DNA of 64,000 nucleotides from a virus, in IMG/VR virus record IMGVR_UViG_3300031922_000090, positions 1 to 64,000 of that record. The stretch is one strand, 5' to 3'. The notes under the pieces were generated by a model. That model made no database searches and was not told where the DNA came from. It saw only the letters and a program-made list of their open reading frames with translations. The translations under genes and the position numbers were made by a program. Positions 9,367 to 18,223 of the stretch are shown here, piece after piece; the stretch's first letter is position 1; every line of letters starts with the position of its first letter.

Positions 9367-9935
9367 AAATTTTTTGCCGCTTCCTCTACGAGACGCTTAA
9401 CCTTATCTTCATACTTCGGACGAAACATCTCGAAAGCTGGAAACATAAAAGGACGGGCGTGCAAACCGCGCCGTCCAATAGCGCGAGCGATAAGGAAAGC
9501 AAGGCTGCGCATAGCCTGATTCGGATTCTGTCCGCGCGTTACTCTCGGCTTAATGCCTTTACGGCGCATCCAATCAAGGATAACTTCAATTGGAGCCATC
9601 TTTCCTCCGGACCCATGCTGATATCCCGGAGGTAGCGGACCACCAAAAAGATTTCGCTGCTTTCCACGCGGGCCGGTCCCGAATTCAACGAACGCTGCAT
9701 AGCCTGTATTTGTTGAGATATCAGCGGTCATCCCGTTGTTGTAATATGATGGCTGAATCGAAGCGCGAAGACGGCCATAATTAACGGGAGCTAACCGTTT
9801 GGCCTCATTCATAATTTGCGTAGAGTAGTAAGAAATCGTTGCCCGGATCCGGCGTGCGGTTACGTCGTCCAACTTAGCGAGTTTTGCGCTAACCTCATCT
9901 TTGCCGATTAGCTGAGCATGAACGCGGAAATTCAC
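9363..9935 (-). CDS. HK97 gp10-family head-tail connector / tail completion protein
   Basis: APVNYGRLRASIQP...GYAAFVEFGTGPRG is the gp10-family signature. The start is set at GTG 9935 (GGAGGA SD 6 nt upstream, GTGA overlap with the upstream stop) rather than ATG 9971. Confidence 0.65.
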   Translation of the reverse strand: MNFRVHAQLIGKDEVSAKLAKLDDVTARRIRATISYYSTQIMNEAKRLAPVNYGRLRASIQPSYYNNGMTADISTNTGYAAFVEFGTGPRGKQRNLFGGPLPPGYQHGSGGKMAPIEVILDWMRRKGIKPRVTRGQNPNQAMRSLAFLIARAIGRRGLHARPFMFPAFEMFRPKYEDKVKRLVEEAAKNL

Positions 9936-10273
9936 CCTCGTTCCTCCGTTTGAGACTTGATCTCCCGGCACTGGAGAATCATTCTACGTTTCCTCTCCTC
10001 AACATCCTGCATACCCACAATGGCAAAAATACGGTCATCGTATTTAACACGATCTTGCGGAAGAATCACAGTAGAGTAGCGGATCTCAATTGTATGAGAC
10101 TGTTCGATCTGCCGTTGTGCGGCGACCTCAATTTCTCTGGAAGAACTTTGCCGAATATCACCCCAAACGCTACTATACGTTTGAAAGACGCCCTCTCCTC
10201 CCCCGCCCTCGTCAGCCTGAAATGTCTTTCGTTGCAATTCAAGCTGATAGCGTAATTTTCCGGCTTCGATCAT
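9932..10273 (-). CDS. head-tail adaptor / head closure protein (SPP1 gp16-like)
   Basis: 113 aa. GKLRYQLELQRKT...GGG..VFQTYSSVWGDIRQSSSREIEVAAQ...IEIRY...RVKYDDRIFAIVGMQDVEERKRRMILQCRE fits the head-tail joining family pattern. Confidence 0.6.
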   Translation of the reverse strand: MIEAGKLRYQLELQRKTFQADEGGGGEGVFQTYSSVWGDIRQSSSREIEVAAQRQIEQSHTIEIRYSTVILPQDRVKYDDRIFAIVGMQDVEERKRRMILQCREIKSQTEERG

Positions 10274-10929
10274 TAGGAAAAACTCCGGTCAATGTAGGGC
10301 TCCAGCAGAGTAATTACATTAGGTGGAAGATTCCCGGAAAGTTTCTGGGAAACCTCATATTTCGAAACCGGCCCCTGTCCCTCACGATTTTCATAAAAGT
10401 GTCCGCATAGCTGAAACAGGGCGCGGCGGATGTTCTCAGGGATGGCGGCACGGGCGGCAATAAAGTCGCTTTCTTGGGGAGATTCAGGAAGAGGATAGTA
10501 TCCTCCCCTAAAGACCGTTTCCCAGGATGCGAAACCACGGTGAGCCTGCCACCCGGAACGGCAGGCTACACGATTACCGATAGCAACGTAGGAAGAAGCC
10601 GGAAAAATAACTGGAGTATCGATCTCCCACCCTGAAATGTAGCTAATGGAAACAACAGAGATTACAGGCTGCCTATAAAGTTTATACCACCGTCCGGCAA
10701 CCTGATCTTGCGTTTGTTTCCATGTTTGAGAAATAAGACAACGGGAGGTGTAGGCTTCCACCCATTCGCGGGCAGCCTCAAGCAAGGTCTGCAAATCGGC
10801 GTCTTCGGCATTACCTGAAGGAAGCTTGATAGCCTGCTTTAGCTCATCGAGCGTTACCGGCTCCGTTGCTGGAGCTACAATGCGGGTAAGCTTAACGCCT
10901 TGATGTCTTAACGTCGCTGGATTAGCCAT
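10273..10929 (-). CDS. head-tail connector protein (gp6-like, DNA-packaging QLRG-type)
   Basis: 218 aa. N-terminal EPVTLDELKQAIKL...DADLQTLLEAAREWVEAYTSRCLISQTW is typical of gp6-like connectors. First gene after the capsid module. Confidence 0.55.
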   Translation of the reverse strand: MANPATLRHQGVKLTRIVAPATEPVTLDELKQAIKLPSGNAEDADLQTLLEAAREWVEAYTSRCLISQTWKQTQDQVAGRWYKLYRQPVISVVSISYISGWEIDTPVIFPASSYVAIGNRVACRSGWQAHRGFASWETVFRGGYYPLPESPQESDFIAARAAIPENIRRALFQLCGHFYENREGQGPVSKYEVSQKLSGNLPPNVITLLEPYIDRSFS

Positions 10930-10943
10930 GGTTACTCCCTAAT

Positions 10944-10990
10944 AATAATGCCTGCCGGGAGGCGGCGGAGCCACCCCGGCAGGCATTATT
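10944..10990 (-). terminator. strong stem-loop / probable partial intrinsic terminator after the capsid genes
   Basis: Perfect 16-bp stem AATAATGCCTGCCGGG / CCCGGCAGGCATTATT with a 14-15 nt loop, followed by ATTA. Intergenic between 11016..11444 and 10273..10929. Confidence 0.5.
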
Positions 10991-11015
10991 GTATCGAGGC
11001 AGCCCCGCCGAATGG

Positions 11016-11444
11016 TTAGGCAACCGGGAGGTTTCGCGCCCCGCCAAGAACAGCGATTGCGGAAACCGTGATGTCGGCGAGCCCGGTTTCGTCGAAGACG
11101 AGGCGCATATACCGTCTCGTTCCGATTGTCACACCGAATTTGCAGACGGCTCCGGCCAGCGTCGTCGCATTCACAACAAGCTGATTCCCGATAATCCGGT
11201 ACACATTTGCCGTAACTTCGGTGACTCCCGAAGAAAAATTCGCTACGTCGCTTTCCTCCACCCGAACAGTGAAAAAATTAGAGGCGTTAGCGGTTGTCAC
11301 GGCTTCGAGGTAAACCGCGAACATCACGGGACCGAAGTAACCCTGAGTATCGATGACATTAGGCGAATTATCATCAACGGTGAGTTGCGCCCGCGCCCGC
11401 GCGAGTTGCAGTCCGAGAGCGTTAACAAGATCTTTGGCGTACAT
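11016..11444 (-). CDS. hypothetical head-module protein (possible decoration/accessory capsid protein)
   Basis: 142-aa ORF 29 nt after the MCP stop with a GGAAGAAAGGA SD. No recognisable motif. Confidence 0.45.
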   Translation of the reverse strand: MYAKDLVNALGLQLARARAQLTVDDNSPNVIDTQGYFGPVMFAVYLEAVTTANASNFFTVRVEESDVANFSSGVTEVTANVYRIIGNQLVVNATTLAGAVCKFGVTIGTRRYMRLVFDETGLADITVSAIAVLGGARNLPVA

Positions 11445-11472
11445 ATGCGTTCCTTTCTTCCTGCTTCTCCGC

Positions 11473-12732
11473 TTAGGCGGCGATCTTAAGTTTCTTCAGC
11501 GCTTCGGGAAGAACAACCTGCCCACCCACGCGCTTCCGGGCGGAAAATTCGATCATCCCGGTTTCCTTGCTCTTGTACGGATCCACCATAATCTCCATGG
11601 CAATCCGGTCAAGGATGAGGTAAGCCCGGCGGAAATCACCAAACACAACCGGATAGTTCCCCGGCGCGATAGGCGGCATGTCGATTGCCGTCACGTAGGG
11701 ACGATCAAGGATGGTCGCGGGGCGTCCGTCCGTTTTGATTCCGGCAGCCCACAGATAATTACCCTGCCCGTCCTTCAATAGGCGGATGGTCTTCAACGTC
11801 GAGCGGGAGAGCACAAACGTTGAGTTGTTAACGTACTGCTCCTTCACTTCGTAATACAGCCCGATCAACCCATCGCCCGTAATAAGGGAAGCGTGGCCGG
11901 AATTAACTTCACCGACTGAAGAGTTAGCAAGGAATCCTTCAGGCTTCCCGACACCGTTCCCAAGAACGAAAGCGCTTCCCTCCAACACGCCGAACTGTTC
12001 CGCAAACTCCGCGCGGAGGAACCCCTCAAGCCCGAAAACAGCATCATCGAGTTCCGCACGCGAGACTTTCGTCATAGCGTACAGTTCATGCGAGCGAATT
12101 TCGATCATCCCAAAACTCGGATTTACAGTTTCGCCCCGTACTCCGAGTTCCTCCACCCACGCGGCGGAGGCGGTCCCGGTCCGCTTCGGCATCTGGACAC
12201 CAAGCCGGGACGTTGCACGAACACCAGCGATAGCACGAATCGGAGAAAATTCAACAGCGTCCGAAATCATGTCCTGAACATACTCAAGCGGCGCAAGATA
12301 ACCTCCCTGAGTGTCATCTCCAGTAAAGAGAACCTTTTGCTGCTCAGGTGTCAAGATCGAAGTCGACTTGATAGCCTCCGGCGTGTAGCCGGAGCGGAGA
12401 GCCTTGAAGAAGGCAGCGCGAAGTGCCAACTTCGAAGCTTTCACTCCATCATCAGCCCCATCACCAGCATTCGCAGTCCGGCGATTAAGCTTCGCCTCAA
12501 ACTGCTCAAGGTCTTCATTGATCTTCCGCATCGCAGCGTCAATCTGCTCTTTCGCTGCCTTTGCGTTAATCTTAACCTCGATATCATCAAGTTTCGTGTT
12601 CAGTTGATCGACTTTGGCGGTCGTATCACTGAGAGCCTGCCCATAGCGTTTAACCTCAGCAAGCGACGTTTCATGCGCAGCCTTAAAAGCTGCAAACGCG
12701 CCCTGAAGTTCCTGGATCTCTTGAGGCGTCAT
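11473..12732 (-). CDS. major capsid protein, HK97 family (with N-terminal coiled-coil delta/scaffold domain)
   Basis: GGYLAPLEYVQDMISDAVEFSPIRAIAGVRATS...ELYAMTKVSRAELDDAV...FAEQFGVLEGSAFVLGNGVGKPEGF. Start chosen at MTPQEIQ (GAGAGGA SD). Confidence 0.9.
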   Translation of the reverse strand: MTPQEIQELQGAFAAFKAAHETSLAEVKRYGQALSDTTAKVDQLNTKLDDIEVKINAKAAKEQIDAAMRKINEDLEQFEAKLNRRTANAGDGADDGVKASKLALRAAFFKALRSGYTPEAIKSTSILTPEQQKVLFTGDDTQGGYLAPLEYVQDMISDAVEFSPIRAIAGVRATSRLGVQMPKRTGTASAAWVEELGVRGETVNPSFGMIEIRSHELYAMTKVSRAELDDAVFGLEGFLRAEFAEQFGVLEGSAFVLGNGVGKPEGFLANSSVGEVNSGHASLITGDGLIGLYYEVKEQYVNNSTFVLSRSTLKTIRLLKDGQGNYLWAAGIKTDGRPATILDRPYVTAIDMPPIAPGNYPVVFGDFRRAYLILDRIAMEIMVDPYKSKETGMIEFSARKRVGGQVVLPEALKKLKIAA

Positions 12733-12881
12733 ATTGAATTTCCTCTCAAAATAGATTGTTGGCAACCCTCAAGTTATCGAAGTGGTGTCCGCATAGCGTC
12801 TTTAACGCCCGGCCCGGCTTCTCAGCGGCTCCGTCGCGGCTCTGTTTAGGAGTGTTTCGGAGTGCAAGAGTTGTTCTACAT

Positions 12882-12891
12882 ATATTATCGG
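12882..12891 (-). promoter_or_regulatory. CCGATAATAT late-region motif
   Basis: The minus strand reads AACCGATAATATA, overlapping the protease stop codon at the head of the ~150-nt leader before the MCP gene. Confidence 0.35.
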
Positions 12892-13547
12892 TTTGAGTTT
12901 GTCTGCGACATTTCTTCTGACAATTGTCTCATATCTCTAATCATTTGCCGAAGACTTAAAGTCGCCACATCACTCTTAAGCGAACGCAAAAAAGCAGCAA
13001 TTTCTTCCGGGGAAGCTTGAGCCGGGGAAAGCGGCTCTCCATTGTTCTGATCAATCTTCGCGGTTTTAACCGCTTCGATCATCGCTTTGGGATTCATCCC
13101 CCACGCGACTACGGAGACCTCATAAAGTTTGAGTTCTGTCAGATGGCGGATTTTCTCATTCTTGGGGTCAGGCGCGGCCTTCAAAACATCGAAGCCGAAC
13201 GAGAGAGCGTTGAGGATACCTTCCTTAATTTTCGTCCTGATATTTTGCGCTCTTTGCGTCGAAGAGAACTTCGCCTTAAACTTCAAGCCGTGGTCGTCCT
13301 CTTCAGCCTCGGTTACAACCCCGATGATTGCCTCGGTTCCCTCAAAGATAAGGTGTGAGTCAAAGAGCTTAACGTAACCTTTGCGGATTGTCTCAAGCGT
13401 TTTCTTGAACGCCCCTTTTTCAACGACATCTCCGCTAAGATCAACGTTGCCGAAAACAGAGGCGTAGCCTTCAAGAATTCCGGAATCTTCCTCAGATTCG
13501 AGTACCTGGAGTTTCGTATTGTCAGGACAGATCTCACGGTAAATCAT
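12885..13547 (-). CDS. prohead maturation protease, HK97 family (S78)
   Basis: EGYASVFGNVDLSGDVVEKGAFKKTL...KLFDSHL...LNALSFGFDV. Lies between the MuF-like and capsid genes. Confidence 0.85.
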   Translation of the reverse strand: MIYREICPDNTKLQVLESEEDSGILEGYASVFGNVDLSGDVVEKGAFKKTLETIRKGYVKLFDSHLIFEGTEAIIGVVTEAEEDDHGLKFKAKFSSTQRAQNIRTKIKEGILNALSFGFDVLKAAPDPKNEKIRHLTELKLYEVSVVAWGMNPKAMIEAVKTAKIDQNNGEPLSPAQASPEEIAAFLRSLKSDVATLSLRQMIRDMRQLSEEMSQTNSNR

Positions 13548-13565
13548 GAATTTTATCTCTCATTG

Positions 13566-13575
13566 ATATTATCGG
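13566..13575 (-). promoter_or_regulatory. CCGATAATAT late-region motif
   Basis: The minus strand reads GACCGATAATATC, 18 nt upstream of the protease ATG. Confidence 0.35.
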
Positions 13576-13576
13576 T

Positions 13577-13819
13577 CTACCAGACTGCCCCCTCTGGTAA
13601 ATCCTCTATCGGCGGCTCCCAAACAAGAATCTCAACAGTACCAAGTTGCTGAAGACGTTCAACGGCAAGACCTTCCGGAAAGGGGCAATACTCCCGCAAG
13701 AAACCGTTAAAAGCCCTATCAACAATTGATGCTACAAAAGCTTTATAACTTGGGTCAGAAGTAGTAACCTCTAAGCCGGAGATCGTTACATGAACTCCAT
13801 TAAAACGAAGCTGAATCAT
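13577..13819 (-). CDS. hypothetical protein
   Basis: 80-aa ORF whose ATG overlaps the stop of the MuF-like gene (4-nt overlap). Confidence 0.4.
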   Translation of the reverse strand: MIQLRFNGVHVTISGLEVTTSDPSYKAFVASIVDRAFNGFLREYCPFPEGLAVERLQQLGTVEILVWEPPIEDLPEGAVW

Positions 13820-15684
13820 GGTACGGCTACCCCGCGCGCTTTCCGTAACGCTTCCCAGACAGTTTCAAATAATTCGGGATCATCCCGCATAAGTCTAGCC
13901 GGATCCCGGAATAAAAACTCAAAAACAGATGACACTAATTCTGTTGCGCCGAACGCATATTTTTTCCCAATATACGGGTGAACCCATCGGTCTCGAAGAG
14001 TTATTTCGTCCGGACTATACTCATACATTGGAAAATAATCCCGTAAACGTTCGGCGACATCAGCGGCAGTTCTCCGTTTATATAGAGCCGTGACAGCATC
14101 AAAGACTTCAGGCACAGTATTCTCAACAATATGGCCGAATTCATGAAAAAGAACATCCCCGCGTTCTTTGGCCATGATAACTATATTAGATCGTAAACCT
14201 CCTCCAGAAGCATAGGCCCGGTCTACGCCGGATTTGATTGTTGTCCTTATATCTCTATTAGGAAGATTGCCGACAATTTTTCGTATTTCTAGTAAATTCT
14301 CTCTTACTTTTTCTACCATCTCCCGATCACGAGTAATGTTACCGGAAAGCCGTACCGTCCATGACATCCTAGAATCCTGATATAGATATTTTCTTCTAAA
14401 TTCGCGGGTAGCTTCCAAGCCAACATCTAACTGTCTATCTCTAAGAACTTTAACTTTATCCCGAAAATGTTTAAGCTGTTGTCTTGCCTCCCACGTTTCG
14501 GCTCTGGAAAGTTCAAGAGCCCAACGGGATTCCAACAAATTGATTTCCCGGCCTATATCCTCTACAACAGTTAGCGTCTTTAGGAGTTCTTCATCCGCAA
14601 AAAACTCGTCCATAATCTCGCGGGCAGTTGCTTTCGACGGATCAAGCGGCGGACGCGGAGGGGCGGCTTGAGGCTGACGGGCTACCGGCTTTGGTTTTCG
14701 CGGCGCACGTGGTTTACGTGGAGGCTTTGGAGCTACTGGTGGCGGTAATGGGGGAACCTCCCGTTCCTCAACGTTCCGGATAAACTCATCGAGTTTAGGT
14801 GGATAGTAGAGATTTGTACAACGGCATTGAATGATTTCTTTCGGCGATGCCCCTAGAGAGCCATCACCGGGAAACATCAGGAGAGATGTGCCAACGTTAA
14901 ACGGCGCGAGATAATCACGCTCCTGTCCGTCCGCTCGCCGATGTGTCGGGCGCGTCCTCCGATCACCAGTTGCTAACCATTTTTTAGTCATGCCCTTAAC
15001 GGGCATATAACGGCCAACACCGAAGTGAGTCGCAGCGTTCGATACCTGGATAACCTCCGTTCGCGCGATCATAAAGGCGCGAAAATCTGAAAATCCAGTT
15101 CCGGTTCTGATCTCTTTCGCAATATCAAAAATAGATTTCCCATCCCGGACACCTTTTTCTACCACTCTCCGGACGAAGTTTTTTGTATTGTCGGTAACGG
15201 CCTTGATTTTCTCCGCAGTTGTCCGCGCTAGATAGTCCCGCATTTCGGGTATATCATTAGGCCCTACCTCATCCCAGGGATCTGCTTTCGCGCTTTTTCT
15301 TCTAATAGCCTGCGGGATCCTCTGGAGAAAGGCTCTTCCGACTTCATCCTTAAGCAGTGGATAGATACGGCGCAATTCTGGATCAATCGTCCGGTCAACT
15401 TCATTTAAGGTCATGCTCAAAGAAGTCGTTGCGGTATACTTCTCCGAAACAGCTTTTCCAGCGGAGGCAAACATTCTTTCCAGTCTTCCGCCCCACTGAC
15501 GTTCGAACTGACGGCGTAAAGCGTCGTAGGCTTTCCACCCGGCTATGTCACGAAGTCGCGCAAGGGTAGTACTAGCGGGAAGAGGAAAGTAAGCTTCGAT
15601 ACCCCGATGAACATTTCGCGCCCATCTTTGTAAAGAAGGAGAAGCCTCCGCAATCACGAAGCTGGAGTGCAAACGGGACGACAT
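13816..15684 (-). CDS. head morphogenesis protein (SPP1 gp7 / Mu F family) fused to a C-terminal HExxH metallopeptidase-like domain
   Basis: gp7/MuF core ...TRPTHRRADGQERDYLAPFN...PGD...IIQCRCT. Pro/Lys-rich linker at 14647-14760. C-terminal domain carries VLFHEFGHIVEN (HEFGH at 14131-14145). Confidence 0.8.
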   Translation of the reverse strand: MSSRLHSSFVIAEASPSLQRWARNVHRGIEAYFPLPASTTLARLRDIAGWKAYDALRRQFERQWGGRLERMFASAGKAVSEKYTATTSLSMTLNEVDRTIDPELRRIYPLLKDEVGRAFLQRIPQAIRRKSAKADPWDEVGPNDIPEMRDYLARTTAEKIKAVTDNTKNFVRRVVEKGVRDGKSIFDIAKEIRTGTGFSDFRAFMIARTEVIQVSNAATHFGVGRYMPVKGMTKKWLATGDRRTRPTHRRADGQERDYLAPFNVGTSLLMFPGDGSLGASPKEIIQCRCTNLYYPPKLDEFIRNVEEREVPPLPPPVAPKPPRKPRAPRKPKPVARQPQAAPPRPPLDPSKATAREIMDEFFADEELLKTLTVVEDIGREINLLESRWALELSRAETWEARQQLKHFRDKVKVLRDRQLDVGLEATREFRRKYLYQDSRMSWTVRLSGNITRDREMVEKVRENLLEIRKIVGNLPNRDIRTTIKSGVDRAYASGGGLRSNIVIMAKERGDVLFHEFGHIVENTVPEVFDAVTALYKRRTAADVAERLRDYFPMYEYSPDEITLRDRWVHPYIGKKYAFGATELVSSVFEFLFRDPARLMRDDPELFETVWEALRKARGVAVP

Positions 15685-15686
15685 AT

Positions 15687-16154
15687 TTACCGCATTGGCG
15701 TTATGAAGAAATCAACAGATACTACCGGCGCATCCATTTCAGCGTAGTGTTGGATGAAAATAATCTCAGCCCCGTTGCGCGCGTAATCTATCCTCTCCGA
15801 TACCCGCAAACCGTTCAGAAAGACTCGAACGGGATGCCCCGCAACAGGAACAGCGCTCAATACAAATTTCCGGTCCTGCGGCATCGTCAACGGCGCAAAA
15901 GTATCTGTTATCGGTAGAAGCTGTCTAACTGAGTTTGTCCGTAAAATCGGGCGTCCAGTCGGTTTAAAATCCAGAACTATTCCGGCTCCGAGTTCAGCAA
16001 AGACAACGCTCCCAGTTGGAGTCACGATCTGGATAAGCCCTGAAGAAGAAGGGATCCCTCGAAGCTGTCCAGTTGGCATGCTCGTAGTAGATACGGGACT
16101 TTGGGCAAGCATCGGCGCAAATGAGCACAGTAAAGCAAGCTGCCTCAATTTCAT
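15687..16154 (-). CDS. predicted secreted protein (signal peptide), unknown function
   Basis: 155 aa. The N-terminus MKLRQLALLCSFAPMLAQSP looks like a Sec signal peptide. GGAGG SD. Sits between the portal and MuF genes. Confidence 0.5.
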   Translation of the reverse strand: MKLRQLALLCSFAPMLAQSPVSTTSMPTGQLRGIPSSSGLIQIVTPTGSVVFAELGAGIVLDFKPTGRPILRTNSVRQLLPITDTFAPLTMPQDRKFVLSAVPVAGHPVRVFLNGLRVSERIDYARNGAEIIFIQHYAEMDAPVVSVDFFITPMR

Positions 16155-16175
16155 GAAGCCTCCATTATTTGAACT

Positions 16176-17624
16176 TTACAGGATTGAGTACGGTCGAGGT
16201 TTCTGCTTTTTTCCGGCTTCTTCTGAGACGGTAGGTTCCTCCGAACCTTCGTCACTTTCAACATCTTCATCGTCGGGATTAAGTGTGTCTTCGATTTCGA
16301 CATCATCATTTTCTGGAACAGGCGATTCTTCCGGAGGCGTAGGGGGAGCTTCACTTGTCGAAACCGGAACAAGATTTAGCGGCATCCACGCCACGTTACC
16401 CCAAGGTACGTCTTCTAACCCGAGACCGAGCCGCTTATTCACTAGATTGATAGGATAGCTCATATCAAAAAGCGTTTTTGCGGTCGTAACAAGCTGAGCA
16501 AAACTATCCCGGAAAGCGGGCACATTTGAGATATCGTATTCTGCCCGGATATTCTCGCCCCAGTAGATCGCCAGGTGCCCATTGATTTTCGTCTGGAGCC
16601 AGTCGAGCAGCGGTATGATCGTATCTTCCCAAAAAGAAAGTCGGGCAACAGAATAGTTGGAATATGTTGGGTCTTCGTTAGCGCCAATAATCTGAGGAGG
16701 TACGCCAAGGATGGAACAGATCTCGTATTTGTTAATCTTCCTCTGCTCCAGAAATTCCATATCCTTCGGTGAAAGTGAAAGCTGCTCCCAAGTCATCCCG
16801 CCCCAAAGAATCATAGGACGGTGGCGGTTTTCGCCGGTAAACTCCCGCTCAATCTCTTCCTGAATTTCTTTCCGTTCCTCTGCTACAACACCCTGCCCCG
16901 GTACGTTGAGGATCCCGCCCGGCACAGCGTAGTTGTCAAGAATAGCTTTGTTCCAGCGCACGGCGGCATCCTCAATCTCGATTGTCCGCGCGGCAGCACT
17001 CATCGGAGAAACGCCCACGTAAGGGTTCATGGGGTCCACGTAACGAAAATGGGTAATTTCGAATGGCTTCAATTTCTCCATTTTTCCATCGCGGGTTCGG
17101 AATTCATAACCCTTAATAAATGAAACCGGATCCGGAATCGGAGCAATCCAATCAGGGCGGACGTGATAAAGCGTCTTTACCACTGGGCGGCTTGTACCTG
17201 TGATCCGATCAACGACAAACGTTTTCTCCCAATAAGCGTTACCGGCCAGCGATAGATGCGCAATCCACGTCGCAAAAAATTCGGAACGATCTTGATTCGG
17301 GTTCGGGTTATTCAGGAGTTTCTCCAAGGGATGTCTGGAAAGCGGTACTTTCACCCCGCTATCTTCAACGTAGACGACTTTCCATGGGATCGAACCAACA
17401 GCCTGCCCGAGTTCCGTGATGCATCGATAAACCCAAACCTGCGAACGAAAGCCTTTCTCCGTTGCCTCCCGGAATGTGAAATCGCTGAAAATTCCGGAAC
17501 CTACACGGCCACCAAAAACCGCAGATAGTACAGACGCGATCTTCGACTTTGCGCTTGCCGGAGCCGGGTTTGAACGCCGCAACGGCGGCGTCGTGGTGTA
17601 GAAAAGCTTTTCAAGAAACGTCAT
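16176..17624 (-). CDS. portal protein, HK97 family
   Basis: 482 aa. ...LAGNAYWEK...ITHFRYVDPMNPYVGVSPMSAAARTIEIEDAAVRWNKAILDNYAVPGGIL...LEQRKINKYEICSILGVPPQIIG. Acidic C-terminal tail. Confidence 0.9.
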   Translation of the reverse strand: MTFLEKLFYTTTPPLRRSNPAPASAKSKIASVLSAVFGGRVGSGIFSDFTFREATEKGFRSQVWVYRCITELGQAVGSIPWKVVYVEDSGVKVPLSRHPLEKLLNNPNPNQDRSEFFATWIAHLSLAGNAYWEKTFVVDRITGTSRPVVKTLYHVRPDWIAPIPDPVSFIKGYEFRTRDGKMEKLKPFEITHFRYVDPMNPYVGVSPMSAAARTIEIEDAAVRWNKAILDNYAVPGGILNVPGQGVVAEERKEIQEEIEREFTGENRHRPMILWGGMTWEQLSLSPKDMEFLEQRKINKYEICSILGVPPQIIGANEDPTYSNYSVARLSFWEDTIIPLLDWLQTKINGHLAIYWGENIRAEYDISNVPAFRDSFAQLVTTAKTLFDMSYPINLVNKRLGLGLEDVPWGNVAWMPLNLVPVSTSEAPPTPPEESPVPENDDVEIEDTLNPDDEDVESDEGSEEPTVSEEAGKKQKPRPYSIL

Positions 17625-17638
17625 GTTGCCTCTCTTAA

Positions 17639-18223
17639 TTATCTTCGGTCTGAAATAAAAAAGCTTCCTTTAGAGTGCTGAAAAGACTTTCGTAAAAAAT
17701 CCAGAGCTTCCAATCGTAGTAGCCCTACTCGTTTCACGGGAATTCTCAGTTCCTCCGCGATAAGGCGTTCCGGACACTCCTTAAGGTAGAACAGATGAAT
17801 AATTTTAACCTGCTCCGGAAGAAGTTTTTCTCCGGCTATCCGCATAACTTTTTCAAAAAGCGCGCGATTTGAAAGCCGTGCTATGAAATCTTCGGATGAA
17901 ACCAGCTTTTGAGGTAACACCGAAGGGTCAGTCGGAATAAATCGGGAGGAGTAGCGGCGCTCCGAGATAATAAAATCCTTTGTTCCTCCGATAATCCGGC
18001 GATAGGCAAAGGTGGAAAGCTTAACCGGCCCCCCATTATGACGATTTTTTGCCCGGAGCACGGTAACAACAGATTCCGATATCGCGTCTTCAAATGAAGC
18101 GGTTTCTATATTACGACCACCCCAAACACGTCCGGTAAGCTTCACGATGAGCGGGTAAACATCAACAGGACCGTTTCCATTCGGTACAACGAGACTTAGA
18201 CGCGACGCAAACTGCTTTGCCAT
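17639..18223 (-). CDS. sigma-70 family (ECF-like) factor-like protein, late-module copy
   Basis: Region-2-like FEDAISESVVTVLRAK...LSTFAYRRIIGGTKDFI and region-4-like LPEQVKIIHLFYLKECPERLIAEELRIPVKRVGLLRLEALDFLRK. The start overlaps the TerL stop (TAATG). Confidence 0.5.
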   Translation of the reverse strand: MAKQFASRLSLVVPNGNGPVDVYPLIVKLTGRVWGGRNIETASFEDAISESVVTVLRAKNRHNGGPVKLSTFAYRRIIGGTKDFIISERRYSSRFIPTDPSVLPQKLVSSEDFIARLSNRALFEKVMRIAGEKLLPEQVKIIHLFYLKECPERLIAEELRIPVKRVGLLRLEALDFLRKSFQHSKGSFFISDRR

